From: Octopus vulgaris
Taxonomy: Eukaryota
DNA length: 64,000 nucleotides
Assembly: GCA_951406725.2 (NCBI GenBank)
Contig: OX597814.1
Span: 119,288,001 to 119,352,000 of the forward strand
Direction of reading: 5' to 3'
The translations under genes and the position numbers were made by a program. Below, in pieces: positions 39,509 through 52,187 of this stretch (positions are counted from its first letter, which is position 1; every line of letters starts with the position of its first letter). The notes beneath the pieces are model-generated. The model did not search any database and was not told where the DNA came from. It saw nothing but the letters and a program-made list of their open reading frames with translations.

Positions 39509-40549
39509 AGATAGATAGACAGATAGATAGATGCACATATGTGTGTGTATGTGTATATAATACTATTATTTGATTTAGTCAGACGACTGCGGTCGTCCTT
39601 GAGCACCATCATGTATATAAGAGCAGCGTGTGTGTATGCATGTATCTACACGAATACACGTGATATGTACATCTGATTGTCAGTGAGTATATAAAAGTTT
39701 ATTATGTATATATATGTCTGTGTATATATGTGTGTGTGTGTGTGTAGAGAGAGAAAGAAATTGAAAGGAGAGAGTCATTATAAAGAAGAATAGCGAATTA
39801 TACATATTCAAAATATTTTTATTACTCATTAAACTCCAGTCCGACAGGTGTTTCTCTTGGATAAGTGTCCTAATGTCCTTTGATGTAACTTTGTGCATTT
39901 AGGTGATTCAATACACGTTTATCCAAAGCAGACATTTCTACGCAGCTTCGTTCAAGTTTTATCCGATGCGGTTGAATCAAACTAAGGTTTGAAGTGTAAA
40001 ATATTCCTTAAAGTATACTCTAGGTGAGAGATCATAAAGCCTTGGGGTCCATGACAGTACGGAACAGTTTGATTAGTTTTAAACACAATATTGTATATAG
40101 TTCTGGTATCATTTAATATTATACTTAATTGTAGTAAAATTTCCCTACATAGGTCAGGAATCGAGAGGAAGAGGAAATAAATATATAAAGTATAGAGTAT
40201 CGAGACCAGTCCTTAGGAATAAAATTTTGTATATATGTTATTTCTTATAACAAGCTCTTTTACTGAGTTCTACCTGTAGCCTCACAGGACCATCAGGCAA
40301 GTTATGACTAAAAATTGATAGAAGTTTACCTATAGTTTTCTTGGGAGTCGTGATAGAAAGAATGTGTGACAAAATGGGATGTGAATGTGTGTGTGTGTGT
40401 GTGTGTGTGTGTGTTCAATTATTAATTTTGCAATAATCTGATAAATTACTCTGTACTTTTGTACAGTGCAAATATATCATTCTGAAATAATATTATTGTT
40501 CATATATAATTAATCTCTGAGCGAGATATAAACAGTAGCTGCACGACAA

Positions 40550-40905
40550 CGTGAAGTACATTTGCCACTTAAATGTAGCTAACGCCTAAGGGTGGATGTT
40601 ACTGTAGCTTGTAGCCCCAGGAGGACACCTCCTCCAGCTGGCTATTGACACACTTTCTGTGCCTATCAGTATTTTCCTCGACAACCGCTGATTGTCGCGC
40701 GCTGATGACGGGTCAATACCTAGAAATTCGAGTCCGTGTGTACCGTAGATTAAAGACGAGAAGGATGGCTTCCCTTTGCAAATACTGATAGGGCACAGAA
40801 AGTGTGTCAATAGCCAGCTGGAGGAGGTGTCCTCCTGGGGTTACAAGATACAGTAGCATCCATCCTTAGGAGTTAGCCATATTTAAGTGGCAAATGTACT
40901 TCACG
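40550..40905. mobile_element. Fold-back element: 125-bp inverted arms around a 105-bp spacer
   Basis: 40550-40674 and 40780-40905 are near-perfect reverse complements (CGTGAAGTACATTTGCCACTTAAAT... / ...ATTTAAGTGGCAAATGTACTTCACG). It is followed by (TA)n. Confidence 0.92.
40696..40740 (+). ncRNA. Hammerhead ribozyme motif in the spacer of the fold-back element
   Basis: CGCGCG CTGATGA C GGGT-CAAT-ACCT A GAAA TTCGA GTC CGTGTG. Intact core, 6-bp stem I with G-U pairs, near-palindromic stem III, GUC site. Confidence 0.8.
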
Positions 40906-40909
40906 AATG

Positions 40910-40960
<51 letters not shown>

Positions 40961-40968
40961 TATATTAT

Positions 40969-41012
40969 ACAATGACTCCGAATTTTCGATTAGCTCGCCT
41001 TCATCAAACTAT
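40969..41012 (-). ncRNA. Degenerate hammerhead motif adjacent to (TA)n
   Basis: Minus strand: ATAGT TTGATGA A GGC-GAGCTA-ATC GAAA ATTCGGA GTC ATTGT, with C3U and several stem mismatches. Confidence 0.5.
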
Positions 41013-41814
41013 CTAATGAAGATGAGAAAGTAGAAACTTTCAATTCAGGTGCACTCTCCTAAAAAAAATTTAGTAATCTTTCAATATACCACTGAATGTT
41101 TGTATATATATTTTGTCTAACTTAACATCAAACTAAACATTGTGCAAGAATTTATAAAGAATATAATAAACGAATGGAGTTATGTAAGATCCAGCGGAAC
41201 AAACGTCTAGAAATATGCGGAAATACCAGATTCCAGATTTTTTTTCATTCTATAAATGCCCAAGGGATGATCCAAAATACCGGAAGGAAAAGGAAATACA
41301 TTTTATAAAAACAAAATTTCACGAAAACTAAACGCATAAAAACATATATATATAAAATCATGAGAAATGTTTATTAGATAAAAAAATATTTCCGGGTGAA
41401 CAAAACCAAATAATTAGATATTGTTGCTATTGATGTTCTTATTACTATTATTAAATTACTGGAAAAATTAGCTCTAAAACAATAAACACACACAAACACA
41501 TTCTATGCCCCCTCTCTCTCTTATCCACACACAGACACGCGCGAGCATTTAAAAACCTTCTCAACCAATTTATTGAATTCAAAACCTGAACAGCTACTGA
41601 ACAGGCGACCAAAAATCCTGGCAGTCAGTTGATGATTACAAACAATACAGAATCTCGAAGCACATCACATAAAGCAACAACTAAAAGTATGTAAAACCCC
41701 AAAGAGTTTTTTATTCCAATGTTATACTCTATTACATGATGTGCTTAATGATTCCCTTTCCCAAAAAGTGATATATATCTATACATTTATCTGCCTTTAT
41801 CTGTCTGTCTCTCT

Positions 41815-41870
<56 letters not shown>

Positions 41871-42735
41871 GTTCTGTATTTTTCTATAAACTTTAGCATA
41901 TTCTGAGTTCTGTATTTTTTGTTATTTTCTAGTATACAGCTAAGATCATCATACTATGACTTCCAACCACATCTATTCATTTTCCTGTTGCTTTCTTCAA
42001 TTATACATGCATCATCTACTCGGCAAACACGACCTTAGATTTTCCATGATCGTTGACCTCGAAGACAACCTCTAATGCGGATGTGCTAATCGGGTCATTT
42101 CGGCAGCAATAATACACAAACACTAATTATATATTTAAAATGGCATCACATAAGAACTCGCAGAATCATATTCATCATGAAAGCGGAGCACGCACAGTTA
42201 CTCTCTAAATATTGAATCTCAAGACGATTACACATAATGAAAGGCGAACATGAATATCGCTAGAATTGTATCCATACCATCGTTTTTATCTATGCAGTGT
42301 GAGAAGATATTTCAACCTGCAATAATTATGAAGATTTCCATGGATGTGTCGTCACTCTGCATCAGGGACGGCACAGCTGCAACGGCACAGGTGCAACTTC
42401 ATATAGGCATTTTGGACTGATTGACTTAAACACACGAACAGCCTCACATCAACATGTGGAACATAAGCACGTTATCTCACCTCTAGCTTTTCTATCTATA
42501 TTCTATTGGATAATGCTTCTTGCTGCGTCTAATCTTTCAAGATGCCACACGAAACAATACGTTCAGTCTCTCCTTATCACGAAATTTACCATCTACAGCC
42601 CATTCTTTACCTTTGTTCTTTTCGCTGGTCTCGACTTCCTCTAAAGGAAATTTAACTGGTCAATCTCAATGGTCTTGGAGAAACTGCGAAATACATGGGC
42701 AACGCCGTTACGTTCTGATCCAGCAATTGAGATAC

Positions 42736-42801
<66 letters not shown>

Positions 42802-43371
42802 ATGTGTGTGCGTGCGTGCGGACCGTAATGGTTGTATGCAACGTAATAACGAAATGATCAAACCAGATTTTCTATTGCTTAAGTATAACTCGTCACAGCT
42901 TATATTTTTTGGTCGTCTAGTGCAATTTGAATCTTAAGACTTGCAAAGCTGTTAATCTCTAGCATTTACAGCATTAAGAAGACTAAAACACTCGATCTAA
43001 AGAGACAGCATTTCAACCAGCAACAAAAGTATTACGTTCATAATCTAACTTCATCGCAATTTGCCAAGTAACCAGAGCAAATGTGGAACAAAAATTCTGA
43101 GGATACATGCTGTCTATAAGTCTCTGAAACACGATGATTAGGGTCTATTGTATGGATGCGATTACAAAGCAGTAAAAATAGGTCCATTAGAAATATATAC
43201 ACATTATACAGTCTACTACAGAGGTAACACAACGGCTGAAATTTCTGCTGTTTCATCCTAACATATGCCTTATGCATATATATATATATATTTACGTAAC
43301 GTTAGCTCCTTATTGCATCATTTGTACACTTACACACATTATATATATATATACATACATACATACACATC

Positions 43372-43420
<49 letters not shown>

Positions 43421-44191
43421 GTGTGTGTATGTGTGTATATACGAACATGTGTACGTATATGCGTGTCTGCGTTTAGGGCTATACATGTATTGCGATTCTC
43501 ACTTTGCCCATTTGTTGTTTCTCATCCACATTCACTCCATGTCTTTCTGTCTGTCCTGTCTGTCTGTCTGTCTCATCAACTCTGCATATATATGTGTGTG
43601 TGTGTGTGTCTACGTGTGATTTAATGACATATTCGTATGAAACCTCTTATGTCTTTATTATTATTTAGTGTGGAGTATTAACTCTTTTGTTGTAATAACT
43701 TGGCTCTGTGAAAATCGATTTTATAATGAATAGGCCGTGTAATTACAGTAGCCTCACAACGTCCGCGAAGAAGATTTCAATTGAACTCTTCCATTATTGA
43801 ATATCAGAAAGAATTTCATTGCTAGAATAAAATTGATTCAAAATAGACGCAAATGTTTCGAAATTTCGAAATCAATTTCATAACCACGTTATTATACGCT
43901 CTTAAAAATGAAGAAGGAAAACGTAATGACATAGGCAAGTATAAGAAAAGAGAAAATAGGACGGGTAAAAAGAGAACAATGGATATTATGAACGATATAC
44001 TAAACACATTCCATACATAGCCACACGTACATGCGATCGCTTTGTACTTTCTTTAAGATTGTTTCCTAGTCTACAGAATCTCAAGCTCCCTTTTTCCTCT
44101 TCATATTAATTCCATTTAAGCCGTACCCAAACAATAGCTACCTTTCTTAAAAATAGTATTCGGACCAGTGTCTTTGATCATGAATATGCCC

Positions 44192-44223
44192 AGATTCAAG
44201 GTATATTATGTATACCTTGAATC
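44192..44223. repeat. Short hairpin
   Basis: AGATTCAAGGTATA-TTATG-TATACCTTGAATCT, a 14-bp perfect stem. Confidence 0.8.
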
Positions 44224-44457
44224 TACGTTATTGGGGACACACTATACCTTAATTTGAAATAGGCTTGCATCGCTAGCAATATATTGGTGACGACCTCATT
44301 TCAACTAATTTTCAAAGTTTCTCTTTTTTTTCTTTTTTTGGTAGATATCAATATACACCTATTCAATCTATTTTATGTAATTATGCATCATTTTCTAAAC
44401 TGCATTGAAACATGCAACTCTTGTATATAGATTACCTCTTTGTACCTGTTCTAACAA

Positions 44458-44460
44458 TAT

Positions 44461-44507
<47 letters not shown>

Positions 44508-44518
44508 ATACTACTAAT

Positions 44519-44581
<63 letters not shown>

Positions 44582-44643
44582 TGCAATAATAATGGTAATA
44601 ATAACAATAAAAATTATAGTAATAACAATGATAATAATAATGA
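44458..44643. repeat. Compound (TAC)n(TAA)n microsatellite
   Basis: Explains the poly-T/N/L/I ORFs at 44395-44698. Confidence 0.95.
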
Positions 44644-45575
44644 TTTCATTTATTTGAAAAAAGGGTGAAGGATGAGGGGGCAATAAGACGACAGACATAA
44701 AGTGTGGGGATTTACATATAACGAAATGATAAAAAAATTAAAGAAAGAAAGAAAGTATACACGGTATATACTGAAAAAGAAGAGAAAAAGTAGTGGGGGG
44801 GGATGATAGAAATGTGGCCTTCCAGATGCAGAAATGACTAGTAATAATCGAGGAACCCCCGTATCCTAGATTTCCCTGAAACCCCAGTAGCAAGTGCCTT
44901 CTCCAAATACTTTTCTCGACTCACAGGTCTACACTTAGAGAGGTACCATCCACTCTTGGCATTTTCGTAACTTTCGCTTACCTTTCTATAAAGTCACTCG
45001 AGGACAACACTTCCCCCTCCACTCTCAATTTCCTTTTCGAGTAGAACTTGAAGATGTCAATTAAAGCTCTACAAAAGAGGAATGTATCTGTCCTCATGCC
45101 TTTCAGCCTGTCCACCAAACAAACCCTTTCGTCACAGCCACATAGGCAAAGGGGTACTGCCTTACCTGCCAGATTGAAGGATAGTGGTGATGCGATCATC
45201 ACTAGAGATTCGGAAACAAACGGATCCGTCCCACACGTGACAGCAGCTATTCGACATAGCCTCACAGGTCAGCAATGCCAGAACGAAAGCGTGCAGAAGG
45301 GTTTCGTCAATCTGCGCGCACCTCGGACAAGCCCGTCTGACTGCACATCTGTGCCTGTAGAGTTTATCTCGAACCGGTAGCGCTCCCCCTAGTAGCTCTT
45401 CTAGGCCAAGGACATCTGGAAATTATCCATGATCATTCTCGACCAGAATATCCTCCAGAACAGACTAGCCAGTGCCCAGAATCTCCTAGAGAACGTTGCC
45501 GCACCTCCCTGGCACTAATCCTCTATAAATTTCTAAAGCGGAACCACCAGGCTGTCAGTGCCTGACGACATTCTA
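44644..45575 (-). mobile_element. L1/Tx1-clade LINE 3' fragment (zf-RVT region plus 3' UTR)
   Basis: Across frameshifts the minus strand gives GALPVRDKLYRHGC..RRACPRCA..ETLLHAFV, then ESLVMIASPLSFNLAGKAV.LCL...RLKGMRTDTFL..RALIDIFKFY.KRKLRVE. The 3' end with AATAAA abuts the TAA microsatellite. Confidence 0.8.
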
Positions 45576-45581
45576 GGTGCC

Positions 45582-45757
45582 AAATGCTTAGCGATATTTT
45601 TCCCGTCGTTCTGAGTTCAAATTCCGCCGAGGCTGATTTTGCCTCTCATACTTTTGGGGTCTATAAATTAAGTACCAGTTGAGTACTGGCATCGATATAA
45701 TCGACATGACACCCCCTCCTCCCCAAAATTTCAAGCTTTGTACCTATAGTAGAAAAG
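45582..45757 (+). mobile_element. SINE family A variant
   Basis: AAATGCTTAGCG...GTTCTGAGTTCAAATTCCGCCGAGG...GGGGTC.ATAAATTAAGTACCAG, ending in (ATT)n. Confidence 0.78.
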
Positions 45758-45807
<50 letters not shown>

Positions 45808-45825
45808 CATTATTAATATTAATAT

Positions 45826-46387
45826 TGAGTGAGTGTGAGAGCAGTTCATGCCATGAAATTGACATTGGGATACAAATATACAAAGCCCAGTATGCCCATC
45901 ATGACTACCTGTCTGACAAGAGTACACCAAGCCCATGCACCACAACCATATGAGCGCGACACGGTGATCTCATACCAATATAAACAGCGCTTGACCTTGC
46001 GGGTTGGCTCAGTTAGAATTTTCTTCAGGTCGAGTAGCCCATCCCACTCAAAAAGTCCCCTATTAAGGGTTGTTTGAGGATGTTGATCGAACCACCCACG
46101 CTTCCAAAGGTGAAATATCCAAGCTCCAAAGAATTTCTCTTAACACATAGCTATGATGCTCCCCAACTACCTCTACTCGTGAACAAAGATGCACATATCC
46201 TCAGTCACTAAGGGACATTTTCAAGTGGTTATGGCCAAACAAGTGATAAGCAAATCTGTAGAATTGAGCAGAATATTTACTGTAGCGCATTTCTCATAAC
46301 CAAGACAAATCAGTGTAATTGATAATACTTCCAGTCAGTTAAGATCAGAAACCACGAGAGCCACTGCCTGGTACTGCATCAGGGCAT
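45826..46387. mobile_element. Non-coding ~560-bp insert within an (ATT)n tract
   Basis: Complex, more GC-balanced sequence with sharp edges, flanked on both sides by (ATT)n (45758-45825 and 46388-46440). Family not determinable here. Confidence 0.55.
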
Positions 46388-46421
<34 letters not shown>

Positions 46422-46444
46422 TATTATTATTATTATTATTATAT

Positions 46445-46550
46445 GAGCTGAGAGAATTGTTTGTACACAGGATAAAATACTTAGCGAAATTTGTTGTCTC
46501 ATTGAGTCCTGAGTTCAAATTCTGAAGCGGCCGACTTTGCTTTGTTTTTT
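46445..46550 (+). mobile_element. Decayed SINE family A head
   Basis: GAGCTG..AGAATTGTT...AAATACTTAGCG...CTGAGTTCAAATTC...CGACTTTGC. Confidence 0.55.
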
Positions 46551-48025
46551 CTGTAGAGAACACATCCTTATTTAGTCAAAATAAAAAAAAAGGAAATATG
46601 TTGATTGTACGCATGAAGACCAAATTAAAGCGACGAGCTTTCATCCCTTGTCATAATGGCTATGTTGACAAATGCCCAGCATTTAGGATACTGTTGAATG
46701 TCTTATTTATTTCCTTTTCCTGTTAATAACGTGACTTCCCCATCGCAGGAAGAGCATCGTTCATTATCTCTCGAAACTGAGGGCTGGATTGTATCCTGAG
46801 GCCGGAAACGTGTCTGAAGTCTTACAATAGAGTGTACTCCTCTAAAGGCAGTAACTTTAGTTTAGACGAGTGAGAGATCAAACGTAACATCCATTGTCTA
46901 GATGGAGTTAACATTAATGAATTACCTAAGTATAAAGAAGGTTTCGGAATTATAGGGATAATGAATTGTGGTGAATTTTATTCTTTGATGTATGTGATTT
47001 GATTTACTAAGTATATTCTATTGAAACGGAGGAACCTGATCCGTCTTTCATAAAAAAATAGCTATCTCGCTTTTTGATTACAGTTTTTGAATCACTAACA
47101 GAAACAAGAAATTAGAAGTGACGTACAATTTCGCTGTTATAAATGGCTTCAATTAAGCAGTGGAAATATGTGTTATTCTCGGTTATGTTCCTATTTTTTA
47201 TAGCCTCCAGGACATATGTATTGACTCTGGATAGATGTACTTCACATTGATGTATCAATCACGTAGTAAATAATGTATTTCTTGGAAGCACAGCCTAGTT
47301 ATCTCCCGTTTTCATTTACTGTGAAAAATATTTCAGTAATTGACTTTGTCAGTATCTGTGTCAGTAACATTACTTGCACGTAAACAAATATCGATTTTTT
47401 TTAATGTAGCACAAGAGCAATCATGTAGTACAAATGGTAAATACGATTATTTGATATTCTTAAGTGTTGCATTAGGCATTACAAACTCAGAAGAATCTGC
47501 ATCTAAATATCACCATAAATTCAACAGCGAAATTTTCTAAAGGGTATATAGCAAAAGCTTATATATTTCAAGAAGTTATAGCTAAATTGTTTAAAGGAAT
47601 AAATATAAACAACACTATACGTCATAAATATCATCTGAAATCTCTTCATATACATATGATATTTACGCGTGTAACAATACTCTTTGCCTAAGACTTAGTA
47701 TGCTAGAAAATGAGCTAAAGACAAAGAAATACATAATAACATTATATATGAGAGTTGATCAATGTAATCTGAATGTGTAGGTTATCTATCAACACCCTAT
47801 ACATTATCAACTCATAATAACAGTGGATATATATTTCAAGACGCAGAGCGTAATTTATAAAAGAGATGATAACATTTATAACGTGACCTCATCAATAGGT
47901 TATATTTTCGGCTAATATATCTATTACACAAACAAAATGTCTACACTTTCAAAAACATGTGTACGAATAATTTAAAGCTACAGTCTCTGTCTCTCTCCAT
48001 CGCGCTCTCTTTATACATACATACA

Positions 48026-48269
48026 CAAAATTAAGAGAAATGGCCACTCAAGTGGACACCCTATATGCTAAATATAGATGTAAAATTGCCATTACCACGA
48101 ATAATGTGTTCTCAAGAAAAAAATCTCAGCAAAACGCCAAAATGTGGCTAAATTTTGGCGTTTTGCTGAGATTTTTGCTCTGAGAACACATTCTTCGTGG
48201 TAATGGCGATTTGACGTCTATGTTTAGCATATAGGGTGTCCACTGTAGTGGTCATTCCTCTTAATTTTG
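48026..48269. repeat. Long palindrome with ~118-bp arms and an 8-nt loop
   Basis: CAAAATTAAGAG...CTCAGCAAAACGCCAAAAT-GTGGCTAA-ATTTTGGCGTTTTGCTGAG...CTCTTAATTTTG. Confidence 0.92.
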
Positions 48270-50226
48270 AATATATCACAATTTTTAATCTTCAGATTTT
48301 TAAATATGCTAAGCCACTGGTTTTAATTGATAAACATCAATTTCTACCCTTATTATTTAATTTATATATATATATATAAGAGGGAGGGAGAGAGCGTGGA
48401 ATATGAATGCATATACAAGATATATATCATGAAAAAACAAACATATGTGTGGGTATGTAGTCACGGACAGATATCAGCACTTAATCACCTCAACACAAAC
48501 CCACGTCTACTTACACTATTTGGGGTGAGGTTAGGGTATGGAAATCGAAAAAGAGGAGTAGTAAATCTCAGGATAAAATGGAATGGTTTCGATCGTTTTA
48601 TCAAATGGAATATCCGGTATAACGAAAAAGCTAACTAAAAATATCAAAAATAATTATCTTCTTAGGAAAAAAGGCAATATTAATCATTTCGAGAAATTTT
48701 AATTATTTCAACAACTAAATTATCTACTTGGGCCTTATGTAGTTCTTATTAAAAAATCATTTATAAAATATTGACTTCATTGTAACTTCAGGATTTGCGA
48801 TGAAAGCATCGCTTCCTGAGTGTACAACATTGTACATTGGTCATTTCGGGGGAAAATTATAATTGTTTAATGACAAATGTATGTTTGACGTATTTCATTG
48901 CATATAATCTAAGAGAGGCACGAAAATATAAGGATTCAGTCAAAATATTCACAAGTAGAAATTCGTTACGAGCAGCTGTTAGAAAACAAAACTCTAACAC
49001 TACAGTGGGTTATACCAAAGATAAAATGGCGCCTATGCTAAAACACGTTTAATATTTAGAGTAATCTTTAGCACGCACCATTTATAAAAATCATCACCAG
49101 TGAATCGCAAACCTAGTTTTTGTTGATGCATGTAATAATATGCATGATTTTAATGCAAGCGGCCATGTTTGCATTAATGATGAAAGATCACATATAAACG
49201 AGAGAACTTTCATTATTGTAAAACTCATCCTACATAATACTGCTCAGAATAAAATTAACCTTATTTGTAATTTCTTTCTATGACTATATGTTGCTATTCT
49301 TATTTAGACGGAAGTGAGCCTTGCTCGAGTAGACGTGATATGCTGTCCTAGTATTCAATTAGCATATTTTAGGATATAGTTTATCTCGTGATTGTTTGGA
49401 ATTTTTTTCTTACAGAACCGCTGAACCTACATACGTGCTAGTAATAGAAGAGTCCTATTGGCTAATCTGTTACTAAATTGTATTGAGAGGAGATGAAAGT
49501 ATTCATATTTTACGAGATTTGCTCAATGGAATGTCCATTCATTTCTCCATGCACATTCTCTGGTTAATGCTTGTAAAATTTCTTCGACTTACAATTAATG
49601 TTGTTCTACCCTTGCATTTCTTTCGCACATCACAGCTTAATCAGACATTGGTCACGTTTTCTCCTGAACAGATTCAACCTGGGGTATTTAGATTGACTTA
49701 TATAAACATCTAAATGTATTTAACGATAGTTTTTGATAATTCTTTCTTCTAAAGCTTATACATTGTGACACTTATACACTTTTGTATCATCCAAATAATG
49801 AAGACCCTTAACAGTCACTTTAAGACACTCAGTACTTGGATGGCACGAAGCTATCGGCCCTAAACATATGAAAGTGAAAAATCAATCGGAACAGGAAGTA
49901 AACTCATTAACTATACAGACATACCTAAAACCCGAAAGAAATATTATGTGGCGCTTTACCGATTCAACCTCCCTACAATGCTCCAAATATTGAACACTCG
50001 TGTAAGATAAATAAATGTGTGAATTGGTATGTTGAACAGTGAATCACTTGAAGTGTTTGTGTCAACTTGTGTGATCTTTTGTGAATAACAGATTAAAAAC
50101 TATCGATATTTTTGAAGCTGTGAATGCAAACACATCTGAAGCGATAACGATTTAGATAAACAATTCAGCCATACAATAATTTATCTAGACTGCTTGATAC
50201 CAATTGTAAATTAGTAAACCGAGATG

Positions 50227-50280
<54 letters not shown>

Positions 50281-50803
50281 GTTGAAAAATACAATGCCAT
50301 CTTGTAGCCCAATTAGTCTTTTATTGACCAGTCAATTTGCATTGTAAAAGGGTCAGGTAGAGTTAATTAGAATCAGCTGTAGCTTGCCTTATTTATAGAA
50401 TATCTGATTTCGCAGATGTTAAATAAAACGAATTTTCTTTAAAATATTTCATGATAGTAAAATATCAGAAACTATCACTTGTGCATTGGGTTTCTTTAGA
50501 GCGACAAGATAATGATTGGTTTTCTATTCGAAATGCAATCTTTATAAAAAAAATAAAAGTAGTTGTGTTCAATTAAAGAAGACAAAAGGCGGTGTTATAT
50601 TTTCACAAAAGATCAACTCCTTTAACATACAATAATTTCAATAAATGTAATGGTGAATTAAATGTTGGGAAATACCTATAGCATATGACAAAACATTATA
50701 TTGAAATTACAGGTCTAAATGATTTCATTTGTGATTATCCTTTTAATAAATTTGATAATCCTTATGGGGGAATATACATGATAATTACACAACATAAATC
50801 GTG

Positions 50804-50870
<67 letters not shown>

Positions 50871-50959
50871 AGTATGAGAAGTACACGTAAGCCTAACAGT
50901 ATTACAAAAGCCTTAGAGTGCCTTTAGTAAATTAGAAGAGGTATACCAAGGGGAGATGA

Positions 50960-51017
50960 AAGAGGCTAAATCGGCTTAGTAGGAACGGAAGTCCGTTCCT
51001 GCTAAGCCGATTAGCCT

Positions 51018-51020
<3 letters not shown>
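50960..51020. repeat. Near-perfect 61-bp palindrome ending a (TA)n-embedded insert (50865-51020)
   Basis: AAGAGGCTAAATCGGCTTAGTAGGAACGGA-AG-TCCGTTCCTGCTAAGCCGATTAGCCTCTT. Confidence 0.9.
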
Positions 51021-51067
<47 letters not shown>

Positions 51068-51281
51068 AGTAGATATACTACACTTTGATGACAGGGAGAT
51101 GATGGTGATGAACATGTAATTCTTAGATTGCTGGCACAAAATGTATAAAACTATTTAATGCGTTCCATTGCATCAAACAACAATCATAGATCCACATGTT
51201 CAAATTTTGTCATGAAAGGGTAGGTTATGCAGTTACTGCTCATTCATTAAGTTTAAATTTTGTCAGATATGTTTATAATGT

Positions 51282-51590
51282 AGAGGTTCATGGCCTAGTG
51301 ATTAGAGCAGCGGACAGGTGCTCGATTGATCGTGGGTTCGAATCTCAGACTAAGCGATGTGTGTGTTTATGAGCGAAACACCTAAGCCCCACACTGCTCC
51401 GGTAGAAGGTAATGGCGAACTTCTGCTGACTCTTTTGCCACAGCTTTCTCTCACTCTTTCCTCTTGCATCAAGCACCACACCAGTGACGGATCGGCGTCA
51501 TGTCCATGTAGCGGACCTATACGCCAATAAAACCTGGAAACCGGCCTTTGTGAGCCAGGCATGTTTCGAGAAGAATCAAACAACATGTTT
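51282..51590 (+). mobile_element. SINE family B head and middle with tail type 2
   Basis: ATGGCCTAGTGATTAGAGCAGCGGAC...GGGTTCGAATCTC head; CCACAGCTTTCTCTCACTCTT middle; GACGGATCGGCGTC.TGTCCA...ATACGCCA...GGAAACCGG tail. Confidence 0.8.
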
Positions 51591-52008
51591 ATAGTATTTT
51601 TGTTAATTAGTGTACAGTCATTCCTGATAGAGATGATCTATAACATTACGACAATGTTCGGCCTGCTTTGTACCAGATTACACACACACAACCACACATA
51701 CTATGCTAAACACTTTATGGTATGCAAATTAGCAGCTCCAATTCTCTGTACCAAATGGTTTTGCTGAAGTTGGCTGCATGATTCTCTGGGATTGTTCAAA
51801 CTGATGTAGACATATTTGATGAGTACACGGTAAGGTACGAAAATCGAATAAGGCTGCTCATTTTTTTTTTCAGTCTACGGAGATATATTTAATTTCGCCC
51901 TGTTTATATAAATACTATATAGTTTACATGCATACACACACATACATGCATACATATATCTAATTGCAATGCACACACACACATACATGCATATATATAT
52001 ATATCTAG

Positions 52009-52187
52009 TCGCCATGATAGATCGGTAGCCACTACACACATTTTTTTCTCGCCTTGTTTCTTTCTGTAGAAGAGCGTAGGCTTGAAACGTATAAGACTTT
52101 TTTCAATTCCTGAGCGTTATACTAATATATATTTTTGTTTTCTACATCACCTGTCTTCGTCTTTTGTTTTTTTCGTGAATTCTCTCC

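Noticed and set aside
44395-44698. ORFs with poly-L/V/T/N/I runs
   Set aside because: They are translations of the (TAC)n(TAA)n microsatellite.
46005-46035. Minus-strand CTGAAGA in the ATT-embedded insert
   Set aside because: No stem II or properly placed GAAA follows.
46364-46387. CCTGGTACTGCA resemblance to U2 snRNA stem-loop IV
   Set aside because: The match is only about 12 nt with no other U2 sequence or Sm site.
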